Shown: in pieces, positions 41,261-51,800 of the stretch
Layout: each line of letters opens with the position of its first letter
Numbering within the stretch: position 1 is the stretch's first letter
Origin: Rhizobacter sp.
GTDB lineage: Bacteria; Pseudomonadota; Gammaproteobacteria; Burkholderiales; Burkholderiaceae_C
Reading direction: 5' to 3' (one strand)
DNA length: 53,918 nt
NCBI GenBank assembly: GCA_031412075.1
Contig: JANOCG010000335.1
Program-made: the position numbers and the translations under genes
Notes under the pieces: model-generated
Seen by the model: only the letters and a program-made list of their open reading frames with translations
What the model was told of the DNA's origin: nothing
Databases searched by the model: none

Positions 41261-42841
41261 ATGCACGAAGGACTTTCAACCAACCGGCATTGCCACGGTT
41301 TTGCCGACTGCCTGGTTCGCGAGGGCAAGGCGTTTGTCTTTCGCTACCACTCGCGCACGACCTCGCAGCCCGAAAAGCGCATCTCGCCCAAGGAGGCGGC
41401 CGATCTCGCACGCGCTGGTGTACAGGTTGCCACCGTCTACCAAGACAACGCACGCAAGCTGAGCGACTTCGGTTTCGAGCGCGGCCGGCTCGACGGCGCA
41501 TCGGCCCAGACCTTCGCCAGCCAGATCGGCCAGCCGCCGGGCAGCGCGGTGTACTTTGCGGTCGACACCGACTTCAGCACGGCCGAGATCCAGCAGGTGG
41601 TGCTGCCCTACTTCCGCGGTGTGAAGGCCGGCATGGACGAGGCCGCGGGTGGCACGAGCCCCTTGAAGATCGGCGTCTACGGCTCGGGCCTCACCGGCCG
41701 CCTGGTGCGCGACACCCACGCGCTGGCCCGCTTTGCCTGGCTGGCCGAGGCCACCGGCTGGCGCGAGTCGTCCAGCTACACCCTGTGGGACGTGCGCCAA
41801 CACGTGAACCACGGCCAGGCGCTGTGCGGCCTGGGCGCTGCGTGGGAGCGCTGTGAGGCACGCGACAACTTCGGCCAGTTCCGCCCGATCGGCTTTGACG
41901 TGCTCGCCGGCCAGGGCGAGCTGCGGCGTGTGACGGCCACCGAGCTCAACCTGCGACACGGCCCATCAGCGGCCAGCAACCCGCCCATCACCACCCTGCC
42001 CGAAGGCCAGCTCGTGCGTGTGCTGGGTGAGGCCGCGCCACCGTGGGTGCGGGTGCGTGTGACGCTGAGTGGCGGTGACGTGGTGGGGTATGTGAGCGGC
42101 AAACACCTGGCTGCGGTCATGGCGCCGCCCGTCGTTGTGCCACCCGTTGTGCCACCAGCACCGCCTGTGCCTGCGGTGCACTACCGCGAGAACGATCCCG
42201 CGTCACGTCGCGCCTCAGCCAGCAAACGTGCGCAGCCGCTGGGCGAGCCGGGCCGGCCGTCACGCGACGCAACAGCAAGCCCCACCGCGCGTGCCACCCA
42301 GCTGATCCACATCGTCAACTGGCTCGCGGCCGACACCAGCACGCGCTACCAGCGCGACCCCAGCGCCACCTATTGCAACGTCTACGCCACCGACTATTGC
42401 TACCTCGGCGGCGCCTACCTGCCTCGCACCTGGTGGAACGAATCGGCGCTGATGCAAATCGCACGCGGCGAGCAGGTGGCACCCGCCTACGGCAGCACGC
42501 TGCGTGAGATGCGGGCCGACGACCTGCACAACTGGTTGATCGAGTTTGGCGAATCGTTCGGCTGGCGCCGTGTGATCGACCTCAGCGCCTTGCAGAACGC
42601 CGCCAACCACGGCGGCCTCGGCCTCATCTGCGCCGACCGCGAAGAAAACGGCAAGCCTGGCCACATCACCGCTGTGGTGCCCGAGAGCGCGGCACTCAAG
42701 GCCAAGCGCGATGCCGACGGCAACGTCACGCTGCCGCTGCAAAGCCAGGCCGGTGCGGTGAACTTTCGCTTCTCGACGCTCGGCAAGGCCTGGTGGGACA
42801 GCACGCTCTTCAAGTCACACGTGTTCTTCGTGCACGACTGA
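41261..42841 (+). CDS. DUF1906 glycoside-hydrolase-like domain + SH3b + Cys/His peptidase-like domain (putative peptidoglycan hydrolase)
   Basis: FVFRY...VYQ...VYFAVDTD...IGVYGS, then VTATELNLRHGPS...GYVSGKHL, a Pro linker, and TYCNVY...GHI...QAG. Confidence 0.75.
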   Translation: MHEGLSTNRHCHGFADCLVREGKAFVFRYHSRTTSQPEKRISPKEAADLARAGVQVATVYQDNARKLSDFGFERGRLDGASAQTFASQIGQPPGSAVYFAVDTDFSTAEIQQVVLPYFRGVKAGMDEAAGGTSPLKIGVYGSGLTGRLVRDTHALARFAWLAEATGWRESSSYTLWDVRQHVNHGQALCGLGAAWERCEARDNFGQFRPIGFDVLAGQGELRRVTATELNLRHGPSAASNPPITTLPEGQLVRVLGEAAPPWVRVRVTLSGGDVVGYVSGKHLAAVMAPPVVVPPVVPPAPPVPAVHYRENDPASRRASASKRAQPLGEPGRPSRDATASPTARATQLIHIVNWLAADTSTRYQRDPSATYCNVYATDYCYLGGAYLPRTWWNESALMQIARGEQVAPAYGSTLREMRADDLHNWLIEFGESFGWRRVIDLSALQNAANHGGLGLICADREENGKPGHITAVVPESAALKAKRDADGNVTLPLQSQAGAVNFRFSTLGKAWWDSTLFKSHVFFVHD

Positions 42842-44332
42842 AGCTTGGGCCCTCACAGCCGCGCTGGTGATCGTCATGCCCGGCGCGCTGTCTTTCCCGG
42901 CCCACACCAGGCGGTGCTCGCGTTGCGGGTCGTCTTGCACCTGGTCGCGGCGGTTGAACACCAGGGTCGTGCGGCGGCTGGCCTCGAAGGCGGGCCAGCC
43001 TTCACCGGGGCGGCCGTCGCGCACGAACGCGACCCAGTGGGCACGCATGCGCTGCGCCAGCGCGCGGCGAGCGCCCCACAGCGGGCCGCCGCGCAGCATC
43101 GCAGGCAACGGGCCTTCCATCTCCCACAAATAGAAGAGTTCCAGCGCGTGGGCCGCACCCAGCAGCGGGTTGCTGCAGTCGAAGCGGTAGAACCAGGCGG
43201 GGTGCTGCGCGGCGTGGCGCTCGGCGAAGTGCATGGTGGGCATGCCAAAGCTCATGTGCGTGCCGAGCTGGCGCTTGCCTTGTTTGGTGTCGGGGTAAGC
43301 GGCCAGCACACGCTCGGCATGGGCCGCGCCGAACTGCTGGCGAAGCAGCTCGCCCATGCGCCCGCGCGACAAGAACAACTCGGCCACACCGCGCCACAGC
43401 TCGAAGAAGCGGATCTCGTCGCGGTTGAACCCCGCCAGCAGCGGGATGGGGGGTGTGGGCGCAGCGCGCGCCGCAGCGAGCGAGGCGGGCAAGAGCGTGC
43501 CATCGAACCACGGCGCGGCGGGCACGGTCTGAGGCACCAGCTTGTGCACCCGGGCCTGGGCGGCGAGCAACTTGTCTGCGGGGATGGCCTGCAAGGCTTC
43601 GAGCGTGCGCACGCCCAACACGTCGAGGTAGTGGCGCGCCACCTTCAGGCTCATCTCGCGGTCGTGCACCAGGCTGAGCGCGCCGCTTTGCATGATGGCG
43701 CCGCGAAACAATCCCTGCGCCTCGCTTGAGTGCATCAGCAGCGACACCGACATCGAGCCCGCCGACTCGCCCGCGACCGTCACCCTCTCGGGGTCACCAC
43801 CGAACGCGGTGATGTTGTCGCGCACCCAGCGCAAGGCCGCCACCTGGTCACGCAGGCCGGGGTTGGTGGCGGCACGTTCGTCGCCCAAGGCCTCGGCAAA
43901 GTTCACGAAGCCGAGCGCACCGAGCCGGTAGTTGATGGCCACCACCACGATGTCGCCCAGCTCGGCCAGGTGCGCGCCGGTGTAGACACGCGCGCTGCCG
44001 AGCAGGAACGCGCCACCGTGGATCCACACCATCACCGGGCGCTTGGCGCCGTCGGCGGCGGGGCTCCAGATGTTGAGCGTGAGGCAGTCTTCGTCGAGCG
44101 AGGGGCCGAGTGACTTGATGCTGCCCATGGGCTTTTGAATGCAGGCCGCGCCAAAGGTGGTGGCCACGCGCACGCCCTGCCAAGCCTGCACCGGCTGCGG
44201 CGCCGCAAAGCGCAGCGCGCCCACCGGTGGCTGCGCATAGGGCACACCGAGCCAGGCGCTGACAGCGCCATCGGCTGTGCCTTGCAGGTCACCCAGGGGG
44301 GTGTGAGCGATGGGGTTCTGGGTCTGCGGCAT
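42815..44332 (-). CDS. Type-B carboxylesterase (PnbA-like)
   Basis: EDCLTLNIW, WIHGG, FGGDPERVTVAGESAG, HALEL. Confidence 0.93.
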   Translation of the reverse strand: MPQTQNPIAHTPLGDLQGTADGAVSAWLGVPYAQPPVGALRFAAPQPVQAWQGVRVATTFGAACIQKPMGSIKSLGPSLDEDCLTLNIWSPAADGAKRPVMVWIHGGAFLLGSARVYTGAHLAELGDIVVVAINYRLGALGFVNFAEALGDERAATNPGLRDQVAALRWVRDNITAFGGDPERVTVAGESAGSMSVSLLMHSSEAQGLFRGAIMQSGALSLVHDREMSLKVARHYLDVLGVRTLEALQAIPADKLLAAQARVHKLVPQTVPAAPWFDGTLLPASLAAARAAPTPPIPLLAGFNRDEIRFFELWRGVAELFLSRGRMGELLRQQFGAAHAERVLAAYPDTKQGKRQLGTHMSFGMPTMHFAERHAAQHPAWFYRFDCSNPLLGAAHALELFYLWEMEGPLPAMLRGGPLWGARRALAQRMRAHWVAFVRDGRPGEGWPAFEASRRTTLVFNRRDQVQDDPQREHRLVWAGKDSAPGMTITSAAVRAQASVVHEEHV

Positions 44333-45028
44333 TCATGGGCTCCCGAGTTGAATGTGTTGGCCGTGCACGGCGGCGCCTTGCGGCGTGGCGAGAAAGGCGA
44401 TGGTCTGTGCGGCCACCTCGAGCGGCACCCAGGCCGAGCGGTCGGCGTCTGGCATGGCGTTGCGATTGGCGGGCGTGTCGAGCGTGGTGGGGGCCACGCT
44501 GTTGACATGGATGCCGTCGGCACGCACCTCGTGCGAGAGCGACTCCACCAACCGCTGCAACGCGCTCTTGGCGGCGCAGTAGGCACCCTTCAGCGCCTGC
44601 CCTTCGCGCGCGGCATTGGCCGACACCGCCACCACCTGGCCACTGCGCTGGGCTTGCATCAGCGGGATCACCGCCTGCGTCACGTTGACGAAGGACCAGG
44701 CGTTCAAGTCCATCAAACGATCCCACGACGCACGGCTGATCTGGTGCACCGGTTCGCCCATCTCGAAGCCGCCGGCAATGTGCACCAGCGCATCCACATG
44801 GTTGAAGGTCTGCGTGACACGTGTGATGGCCGCCGCCACGCTGGGCGCCGAGGTCACATCGGCCGCCAGCAGCAGCGCGTTGGCGGGTGTGCCGAACACG
44901 CTGCGCAGGCGGTCCACGACCAGCTCGAGCCAGGCCACATGGTTGCCAGCGGCGAGGAAGTGCCGCGCCACGGCCTGCCCGAGCGCGCCTGCCGCGCCGG
45001 TGATCACGAGGGTGAAAGTGGGTTTCAT
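44333..45028 (-). CDS. Short-chain dehydrogenase/reductase
   Basis: ITGAAGALG, YCAAK, VNSVAP. Confidence 0.9.
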   Translation of the reverse strand: MKPTFTLVITGAAGALGQAVARHFLAAGNHVAWLELVVDRLRSVFGTPANALLLAADVTSAPSVAAAITRVTQTFNHVDALVHIAGGFEMGEPVHQISRASWDRLMDLNAWSFVNVTQAVIPLMQAQRSGQVVAVSANAAREGQALKGAYCAAKSALQRLVESLSHEVRADGIHVNSVAPTTLDTPANRNAMPDADRSAWVPLEVAAQTIAFLATPQGAAVHGQHIQLGSP

Positions 45029-45107
45029 GGTCGTTCGATCCGTTGAACAGCGGCTGCCATTGTCGATGTGTTCACAATCAGGGTTTTCAACACGTCGCGA
45101 GGCCATC

Positions 45108-46292
45108 ATGAAGAGAGAAGTGGTTGTAGTCAGCGGTGCGCGCACCGCCATCGGAACCTTTGGCGGCGCGCTCAAGGAGGTGCCCCCGACCCAGCTCGGC
45201 GCCATCGCCACCCGCGAAGCGCTGGCCCGCGCCCAGGTTGACGGCAAAGACGTCGGCCACGTGGTCTTCGGCCATGTGATCAACACCGAGCCGCGCGACA
45301 TGTACCTCGCCCGCGTGGCGGCCGTCGAGGGCGGTGTCGCACAAGAAACACCGGCCCTCACCGTGAACCGTTTGTGCGGTTCGGGCCTGCAGGCTGTCAT
45401 CAGCGCGGCGCAGAGCATCTTGCTCGGTGACGCCGAGATCGCAGTCGCCGGTGGCGCCGAAAGCATGAGCCGCGGACCCTACTCGCTGCCGCAAGCCCGC
45501 TGGGGCGCGCGCATGGGCAACGCGACCATGGTCGACATGATGCTGGGCGCACTGCACGACCCGTTTCACACCGTGCACATGGGCATCACCGCCGAAAACG
45601 TGGCCGCCAAGTGGAACATCAGCCGCGCGCAACAAGACGAAGCTGCACTCGAGAGCCACCACCGCGCGCAACGCGCCATCGAGGCCGGCCACTTCAAGGA
45701 GCAGATCGTGCCCGTGGCGCTGGAGAGCCGAAAAGGCACGGTGATGTTCGACACCGACGAACACGTGCGCATGAACGCCAAGCTCGAAGACATGGCCAAG
45801 CTCAAGCCGGCGTTCAAGAAAGACGGCGGCACGGTGACAGCCGGCAATGCGTCAGGGTTGAACGATGGCGCCGCGGCGCTGGTGCTGATGGAGCGGGCTG
45901 AAGCCGAGCGCCGTGGCTTGAAGCCGCTGGCACGGCTGGTGTCGTACGGCCACGCGGGCGTCGACCCGCTCTACATGGGCATCGGCCCGGTGCCGGCCAC
46001 GCGCAAGGCGCTGGAGAAGGCGGGGCTGAAGGTGTCAGACCTCGACGTGATCGAAGCCAACGAAGCCTTCGCCGCGCAAGCCTGTGCGGTTGTCAAGGAC
46101 CTGGGCTTCGACCCCGCCAAGGTCAACCCCAACGGCTCGGGCATCTCGCTCGGCCACCCGGTGGGTGCCACCGGCGCCATCATCACGGTGAAGGCGCTGT
46201 ACGAATTGCAGCGCATCAAAGGGCGTTATGCGCTGGTGACGATGTGCATCGGCGGTGGGCAAGGCATCGCGGCGGTGTTCGAGCGCATGTGA
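45108..46292 (+). CDS. bktB: Beta-ketothiolase (acetyl-CoA C-acyltransferase)
   Basis: NTEPRDMYL (BktB-type), [28 protein letters not shown]. Confidence 0.9.
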   Translation: MKREVVVVSGARTAIGTFGGALKEVPPTQLGAIATREALARAQVDGKDVGHVVFGHVINTEPRDMYLARVAAVEGGVAQETPALTVNRLCGSGLQAVISAAQSILLGDAEIAVAGGAESMSRGPYSLPQARWGARMGNATMVDMMLGALHDPFHTVHMGITAENVAAKWNISRAQQDEAALESHHRAQRAIEAGHFKEQIVPVALESRKGTVMFDTDEHVRMNAKLEDMAKLKPAFKKDGGTVTAGNASGLNDGAAALVLMERAEAERRGLKPLARLVSYGHAGVDPLYMGIGPVPATRKALEKAGLKVSDLDVIEANEAFAAQACAVVKDLGFDPAKVNPNGSGISLGHPVGATGAIITVKALYELQRIKGRYALVTMCIGGGQGIAAVFERM

Positions 46293-46300
46293 GCCCGAGT

Positions 46301-46392
46301 CCGTTCGCCCTGAGCCTCAGCCCGTTCGCCCTGAGCCTGTCGAAGGGTGCGCACAGCACGGTGCTGGCTTCGACTGGCTCAGCCCAAGCGGG
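46301..46392. repeat. REP-like extragenic inverted-repeat element with a duplicated left arm
   Basis: CCGTTCGCCCTGAGCCT at 46301 and 46322. CCGTTCGCCCTGAGCCTGTCGAAG pairs imperfectly with CTTCGACTGGCTCAGCCCAAGCGG, between convergent genes. Confidence 0.75.
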
Positions 46393-46405
46393 AGTGCAGG
46401 AACAT

Positions 46406-47041
46406 TCAGAGCTTCGGAATGCGCAGGGTCTTGCTGATCATCAGCGTGCCCGAGAGCACGAACATCAGCGACAGCGGGTGCAGCACCCACGGGCCGATCT
46501 GCCACGCCCCGCCCCACAACGCGTCGCCCAGCGCGCCTTGCCAGGCCGCGAGCGCCAGCACGCCGGTGAGCAGCACGCTGGTGGGAATGGGCGTGCCCTC
46601 GAAGTACGCCACCTTGTCGGCCCCGGCCGACAGCGATTCGGCCGTGACGTTGTAGCGTGCCAGGCGCGACACACCGCAGCAGATGAAGTAGATGAGGGCG
46701 GCCGCGTCCCAGCCACCGGCCAGGCCCGCTGCGTAGCCCAGCGCGGCGGGTGCCACGCCGAACGAGATGATGTCGGCCAGCGAATCGAGCTCGCGGCCCA
46801 GCGACGAATGCGTCTGGCGCCAGCGCGCCACCCGGCCATCGAGCACGTCGAACAGGAAAGCGGCCGGCGCCATGGCCGCCGCCGCGTAGAAGTGAGTCAG
46901 CGACTGACTGCCCATGTAGGCCATGGCGAAGATCACCGCGCCCATGCCACACGCGGCGTTGCCGAGCGTGAGGAAATCGGCGAGATGAAAACCCCGGATC
47001 ATCGAGAAGTGGCGGCGCGGTGCCTGCGGGGAATGATCCAT
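46406..47041 (-). CDS. pssA: CDP-diacylglycerol--serine O-phosphatidyltransferase
   Basis: DVLDGRVAR...SSLGRELDSLADIISFGVAPA, RLARYN, FEGTPIP. Confidence 0.88.
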   Translation of the reverse strand: MDHSPQAPRRHFSMIRGFHLADFLTLGNAACGMGAVIFAMAYMGSQSLTHFYAAAAMAPAAFLFDVLDGRVARWRQTHSSLGRELDSLADIISFGVAPAALGYAAGLAGGWDAAALIYFICCGVSRLARYNVTAESLSAGADKVAYFEGTPIPTSVLLTGVLALAAWQGALGDALWGGAWQIGPWVLHPLSLMFVLSGTLMISKTLRIPKL

Positions 47042-47128
47042 GTTGCGAAGCTCGCTGGTCAGGAAACGAAGACACAGCGTAGCGCGGCCGGGGCCAGCGA
47101 CCTGTAGGAAAAGGCCGCCTTCGCGCGA

Positions 47129-47416
47129 TCAACCGCCGCCCATGGCCTCGCGGATCGATTCGGTGGTGTTGACCGCATGCGCAGCGATCTGCTCATGGTT
47201 CATCGCGATGACCGTCAGCGGATAGGTGCCGGACACGTAGCCGCCATAAGCCACCTCGACCGCCACGATCTCGGGCGAGAGACCCTCAACCGCGGCCACC
47301 AGGCAGTGCATCACCGAGCTGAAACCGCTGTCGTCGAACAGGGGCTCGGATTCGTGGGTGACGCGGTAGTCGAAGGTGTCGGGGGTGGGTTGGTCGATGT
47401 CGATGCGGGGGATCAT
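47129..47416 (-). CDS. Hypothetical protein
   Basis: MIPRIDIDQPTPDTFDYRV, 95 aa, gene-like codon usage. Confidence 0.6.
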   Translation of the reverse strand: MIPRIDIDQPTPDTFDYRVTHESEPLFDDSGFSSVMHCLVAAVEGLSPEIVAVEVAYGGYVSGTYPLTVIAMNHEQIAAHAVNTTESIREAMGGG

Positions 47417-47575
47417 GAGGCGGTCTCGGTACGGGCAGGCCCAACGGGTAACCAGTATGGACGGTTCTGCGCCTACTTCCTCGCCGGCTGCTTTGCGGCA
47501 AGCGTGACACCAGGGGCCGACAACCAGGCCCGGGTGAAAACACGGACGCCCCCACGCCGCCATGCGGGGTTGCGA

Positions 47576-48247
47576 TCAGGCAATACGCTTGGCATGGCCC
47601 GACAGTGCACGTTCATAGTCAAAGGCCGACAGGTTCCGATACTCGTTGTCAGGCGCTCGGCGGGTGGTCAGGTACGGCAGCAGGTTCAACCTCGCAGGCT
47701 CGGGGCAACCCAGGACGCGCAGGATCGCCGAAGCCTGCTCTCCGGTGGACCGCAAAGACCGGAACGTCCAGTACTACATTCCGAAAGTCAGGAGCATCGG
47801 GCCGACGATGCTTGCGGTGGCGATCAGCATCCACTCCTGGGTGCTGGCCTCGGAACTGGAATACTTGCCGAAGAAGAACAGCCAGAAGATCCCGAGGACG
47901 ACCCACCCCCAGCAACACATGTTCCATGCATGCTTCATGCATTGCCCAAGCAGTGCACGTTCGCCTGCGTGGCAACCTGCGGGCATGAACAGCATCTTGT
48001 CGTTGTCTCGGATGACGGCAAGTGCCAGCAGCGCATCTCCCTGTTTGGAGACGACCACCTTGACACGATCTCCACTGTTGAACGCATTGGCGCTCTCGAA
48101 TGTCCCACAGAGGATCTTGTCGCCGAGCAAGGCGGCAAAGTTGTACATGTCCTCGCCGCCGTACTGATTGACCTTGGTTCTGGTGTGTTGCGCTTCTCGG
48201 AGAACACCCTCGACCAGGAACAGGCCGGTTTCAGACCCGACCTGCAT
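47576..48247 (-). pseudogene. Second T6SS immunity-like membrane protein with an in-frame TAG (47774-47776)
   Basis: The frame continues YWTFRSLRSTGEQASAILRVLGCPEP to TGA 47576. Shares F..GD.V.V and C..G motifs and two TM helices with the upstream gene. Confidence 0.65.
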
Positions 48248-48975
48248 CAGTAGCGGAAATAGAAAGTCGCGTACTCGCCTGGATCATCAGGCTTGCGTTG
48301 AACTTTGGAGGACCTGACGAGATCGACATCGCTGGGGCTGGGCATGCCGAGGATGGTGAAGACCTTCTCAGCCAGGCGAACAAACGGCATCCACTTGCGT
48401 GCCAGGCTGATCGTCATCACCCCAAAGAAGACGTAGAAGCCAATGAAAACGGGCAAGACGATCACGTGCAGGGTCGTCAAGAAGTCACGGACACCGAACG
48501 TCGGCACCGCCACGACCAAACCGACCAGATTCAAGATGGTGACGCCGATGAACCACCATTTGATGGCGGTCTTGATGTGCCTGGCCCGACCGCGTGAGCA
48601 ATGCGGATACAGCGCAATCGTGCGATCGAGAGGGCGTGCGATACCACCCACCTCGTAGTGATCCTTTTGCCACTCGGCGGCCACCTCCACCTCGTCACCT
48701 TCCTTGAAGGGGCTGCGCCACACCCAGCCCTTCACCGGTTCCCCATCCAGATCAAACTCGACGTAGTCTGCGTCTTCTTCGGTACTGGTCGCGTTGGCGG
48801 CTGTGGACACGGCTTGCCCGCTCATACCCGCCATGCCGGCCGCGATGGCAATCACGCCCAACTTGGTTCGATCGGCATCGGTGAACACGAAACTGGCACT
48901 GGCGTGCGTGCATCGGTAGTTCTTGATCGTCCCTGTCAGCTTCACCACGCCCTCAGGCGGTTTCTCGATGCTCAT
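48247..48975 (-). CDS. Putative T6SS immunity membrane protein (cognate to the upstream effector)
   Basis: Coupled to the effector stop. EEDADYVEF, PFKEGDEVEV, ALYPHCSRGR, two TM helices. Confidence 0.7.
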   Translation of the reverse strand: MSIEKPPEGVVKLTGTIKNYRCTHASASFVFTDADRTKLGVIAIAAGMAGMSGQAVSTAANATSTEEDADYVEFDLDGEPVKGWVWRSPFKEGDEVEVAAEWQKDHYEVGGIARPLDRTIALYPHCSRGRARHIKTAIKWWFIGVTILNLVGLVVAVPTFGVRDFLTTLHVIVLPVFIGFYVFFGVMTISLARKWMPFVRLAEKVFTILGMPSPSDVDLVRSSKVQRKPDDPGEYATFYFRY

Positions 48976-51797
48976 TGAAGGCCCATTTCATTCAGCGCGG
49001 CGCCCAGTTTCTCATCCTGCTCCTTGCTGGAACGGTACCCGTCGTTGTTCCTCTCCTTTCCGAACGCCGAATGATCGATCCATTCTTCCAGCGCATTGGG
49101 AGTGACCTGCCAGATGATGACCTGAACGCCGAAGATCCCCAGTGTGATCCAGCCTCCTGCGGCCATGCCCAGAATGCGCAGCCCGATGAAGGTGGCGGCC
49201 CTGGTTCCGACAGCGCGCACGGCGGTGCTCAAGGCCGCATTGCCAGTAAGACGACCAACAAGCGGGGCGGAGTAGGTGAAAGCAACTGCAAGAGTCAAAC
49301 CGCCAGACGCGAGACCCAACAGCCCTTTCGAGAAATACAAACCCGCCAGCAGGAAATAGCCTTTGTCTTTGTTTTTTCCCCCATCCACAAAATCAAGGTA
49401 CGACGCGATCAACGACGCACCCCCACTCAGCACGCCTCCCCACAGCTTGAGCTTCTGGTAGGTCCAGGTCTCAGCGCCCATCTGCGGCAGGTTCTTGATG
49501 GGCACGGTGGCGATGTCGAACATCGCGCTGGTGATCGACATGCCCGAAGCCAGGAGGCTCAGCGCCGTCTTCATGTCACCCTTGGTTTTGCATTCAACCA
49601 GCAGCTTGCTGAAGTTCACGCCCTCGATCAGCGCCACCACAACGGCGAGCCGTGCATCCTTGATGGCCGCAGGTGCCCTGGCGTCATGGGCCTTGAAGTC
49701 GGCCCAGGCCGCTTGCAGACTCTCCGCTTGCGCGCTTCTGATCTGCGGCGTGTCGGCCGCCATGAACGTGCGTGCGGAACTCACACGGCGCAGCGTCTGT
49801 TGGCGCAACAGGTTTTCTGAAGCGGACTGCTGGATGATGAGGTTGACCGAGTCGGCCGGATTGACCAACCCACGAATGCTGAAGATGTGTTGAATGATCT
49901 TCTCGCTGGCATAGTCGGCCAGGCCGCTGACGCGAAAGTGCTTGAAGACGATGTCGCCCACACTGATGGCAAACTTGTCCACGCCTCGCATGTTGACGGG
50001 TTTGAGTCGTGCGCCGAACGCCTTCGAGCCCGCCGCCGCTGACGCCTTGGCATTGGCATCGGAGACACCCTGCAGCTTCTTGTAGCAGTCAGCGAACGCC
50101 TTCAGGGTCTTCACGGTGTAATTGGTCCAGGCCAGCGCTGAGGCCAGTGTGCGTTGGCCCTTGTGCTGCTCCGCTTCGGCCAGGGCGGCGTCAAGCTCCA
50201 TCCTGGCAGCGTTCTGGTTGAGGGCCACCACGCGCCACAACAGATTGCTCTTGAATGTGGCCTTGGCTTCCTTGACCCATTGCTCAATCTTCTTCTTGCC
50301 CGAGTCGCTTGAAGCCATGCCGAACAGCGCTTCGCTGACGCCTTCGGCGAACAACACCCCGTCTTCGACGTTCTCGCCATGGAAGTCATGGAGACTGTCC
50401 AGAAAGAGAGGCGCTTCCAGCCATGCGATGAGAACCTTGGTGCGCGCTTCGATGACGGGATTCAGGCGATCCTGGAATTCGTCCCACTTGCCGACAAACT
50501 TCGTGTACGCGGCTTGATCCATGCGATCCCGGTACTTGGGCCAGGCTTGGGCGATCGCACCTTTCTTGAGTGCAGCTTCACTTGCTTCGCGCCGAGGCGT
50601 TGATTCACGGCGCTCCCGGTCGAGTACCGCGAAGTCCGCTTGCGCTGATGCCTGGTTGTTGGCTGGCACGTATTGCGTGACAAGCGCCGTTCTGCGAGCC
50701 TCGTAGCTCGCTTCGCTGATCAGCCCCTGTTCAAGTTGCTTGTCGAGTTTGGCGACTTCGGGGCCCGATGTCTCAGGCTGGTTGAAGTAGTTGCGCACGA
50801 CAGAAGAGCGGCGCGCGGCATTCGTCGCGTTGACGTTGCCCATGTTGCCTGCGATCTGTCGGTCTGCCTCTTTGCCAGCCCGACTTTCCAGGGCTGTCTT
50901 GATGCCGTCGAACGCGCCGACCGCGGAAAGCTGCAGGTCCCGCTCATCGCTGTACTGCTTGAGCCAACCCGCCGCGTCGTTGCGATAGCCGTTGAGCTCA
51001 TGCGTCATGCCCATCGCGTCCCACAGCGCCAGCACATGGGGTGTGCTGTTCGTGCCGTCGTCTTTGAGGGAGCGCTGCTGCATGTGCTTGGCCGACTCGG
51101 CCGCACCGCCTTGGCGCTGGTGCCAGGGATAGCGCGTGCTGACACGGCTGAGGCGGGCGCCTTCATAGCTTCCATCTTCCTTCGTGAAGGGACCGCTGTT
51201 GGCAGCATGCGGCAGGTTGGACGTGCTGAAGTCGGTGGCGTACTCGATGACTTCTTCGAGCACCGATGCCAGGGCCGGGGTGCTGTGCTCGTTCTTCGCA
51301 CCACCAGCCATCGCCGCTGGGTCAATGGTTTGCATGCGCGCGCTGCGCAGCTGGCTGTTGCTGGTGTATTCCTTGACGGTTTCGTCGCTCCATTTGTGCT
51401 CACTGAAAGCGATCCAGGTGGGGCCGCATTTCTCAGGCTTCTCGATCACAAGGTGGTGCAGCCGGGCATTGCTGTGGCCTTGCGTCGCGCATCGCACCGT
51501 CGGTCCTGCCTCCGAGGCCATGCTGGGGTTCGGCTGCTTCATCAGGCAACCATCCTCGGTAACGCTGTAGCACTCCCATTGATTGGAGCCGCGAGCGTTC
51601 TTCTCGAAAAAGAGATAGACGTATCCCGAGCGAAGCGTGCGCAGTGCATAGTGGTATTCACTACCCAAAGCGACGTTTTTGATCCGAGCGCCGCTCGCCC
51701 AGCCTGGCAGAGTTTGTTTGACGCTGTTGGGGACCGGCACGTATCTCACGGGCAGCAAGGGTAATCCGGAGACGATGCAATTGGAGCAAAGAGGCAT
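48972..51797 (-). CDS. T6SS effector, MIX/VasX-like (BTH_I2691-like), probably pore-forming
   Basis: N-terminal LPLLPVRY...YALRTLRSGYVYLF, multiple C-terminal Gly/Ala-rich TM helices, LEEWIDHSAFGK. Downstream of vgrG-DUF4123. Confidence 0.85.
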   Translation of the reverse strand: MPLCSNCIVSGLPLLPVRYVPVPNSVKQTLPGWASGARIKNVALGSEYHYALRTLRSGYVYLFFEKNARGSNQWECYSVTEDGCLMKQPNPSMASEAGPTVRCATQGHSNARLHHLVIEKPEKCGPTWIAFSEHKWSDETVKEYTSNSQLRSARMQTIDPAAMAGGAKNEHSTPALASVLEEVIEYATDFSTSNLPHAANSGPFTKEDGSYEGARLSRVSTRYPWHQRQGGAAESAKHMQQRSLKDDGTNSTPHVLALWDAMGMTHELNGYRNDAAGWLKQYSDERDLQLSAVGAFDGIKTALESRAGKEADRQIAGNMGNVNATNAARRSSVVRNYFNQPETSGPEVAKLDKQLEQGLISEASYEARRTALVTQYVPANNQASAQADFAVLDRERRESTPRREASEAALKKGAIAQAWPKYRDRMDQAAYTKFVGKWDEFQDRLNPVIEARTKVLIAWLEAPLFLDSLHDFHGENVEDGVLFAEGVSEALFGMASSDSGKKKIEQWVKEAKATFKSNLLWRVVALNQNAARMELDAALAEAEQHKGQRTLASALAWTNYTVKTLKAFADCYKKLQGVSDANAKASAAAGSKAFGARLKPVNMRGVDKFAISVGDIVFKHFRVSGLADYASEKIIQHIFSIRGLVNPADSVNLIIQQSASENLLRQQTLRRVSSARTFMAADTPQIRSAQAESLQAAWADFKAHDARAPAAIKDARLAVVVALIEGVNFSKLLVECKTKGDMKTALSLLASGMSITSAMFDIATVPIKNLPQMGAETWTYQKLKLWGGVLSGGASLIASYLDFVDGGKNKDKGYFLLAGLYFSKGLLGLASGGLTLAVAFTYSAPLVGRLTGNAALSTAVRAVGTRAATFIGLRILGMAAGGWITLGIFGVQVIIWQVTPNALEEWIDHSAFGKERNNDGYRSSKEQDEKLGAALNEMGLQ

Positions 51798-51800
51798 GGT

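Noticed and set aside
46301-46347. Possible CRISPR repeat
   Set aside because: Only two 17-bp copies 4 bp apart, with no spacers and no cas genes.
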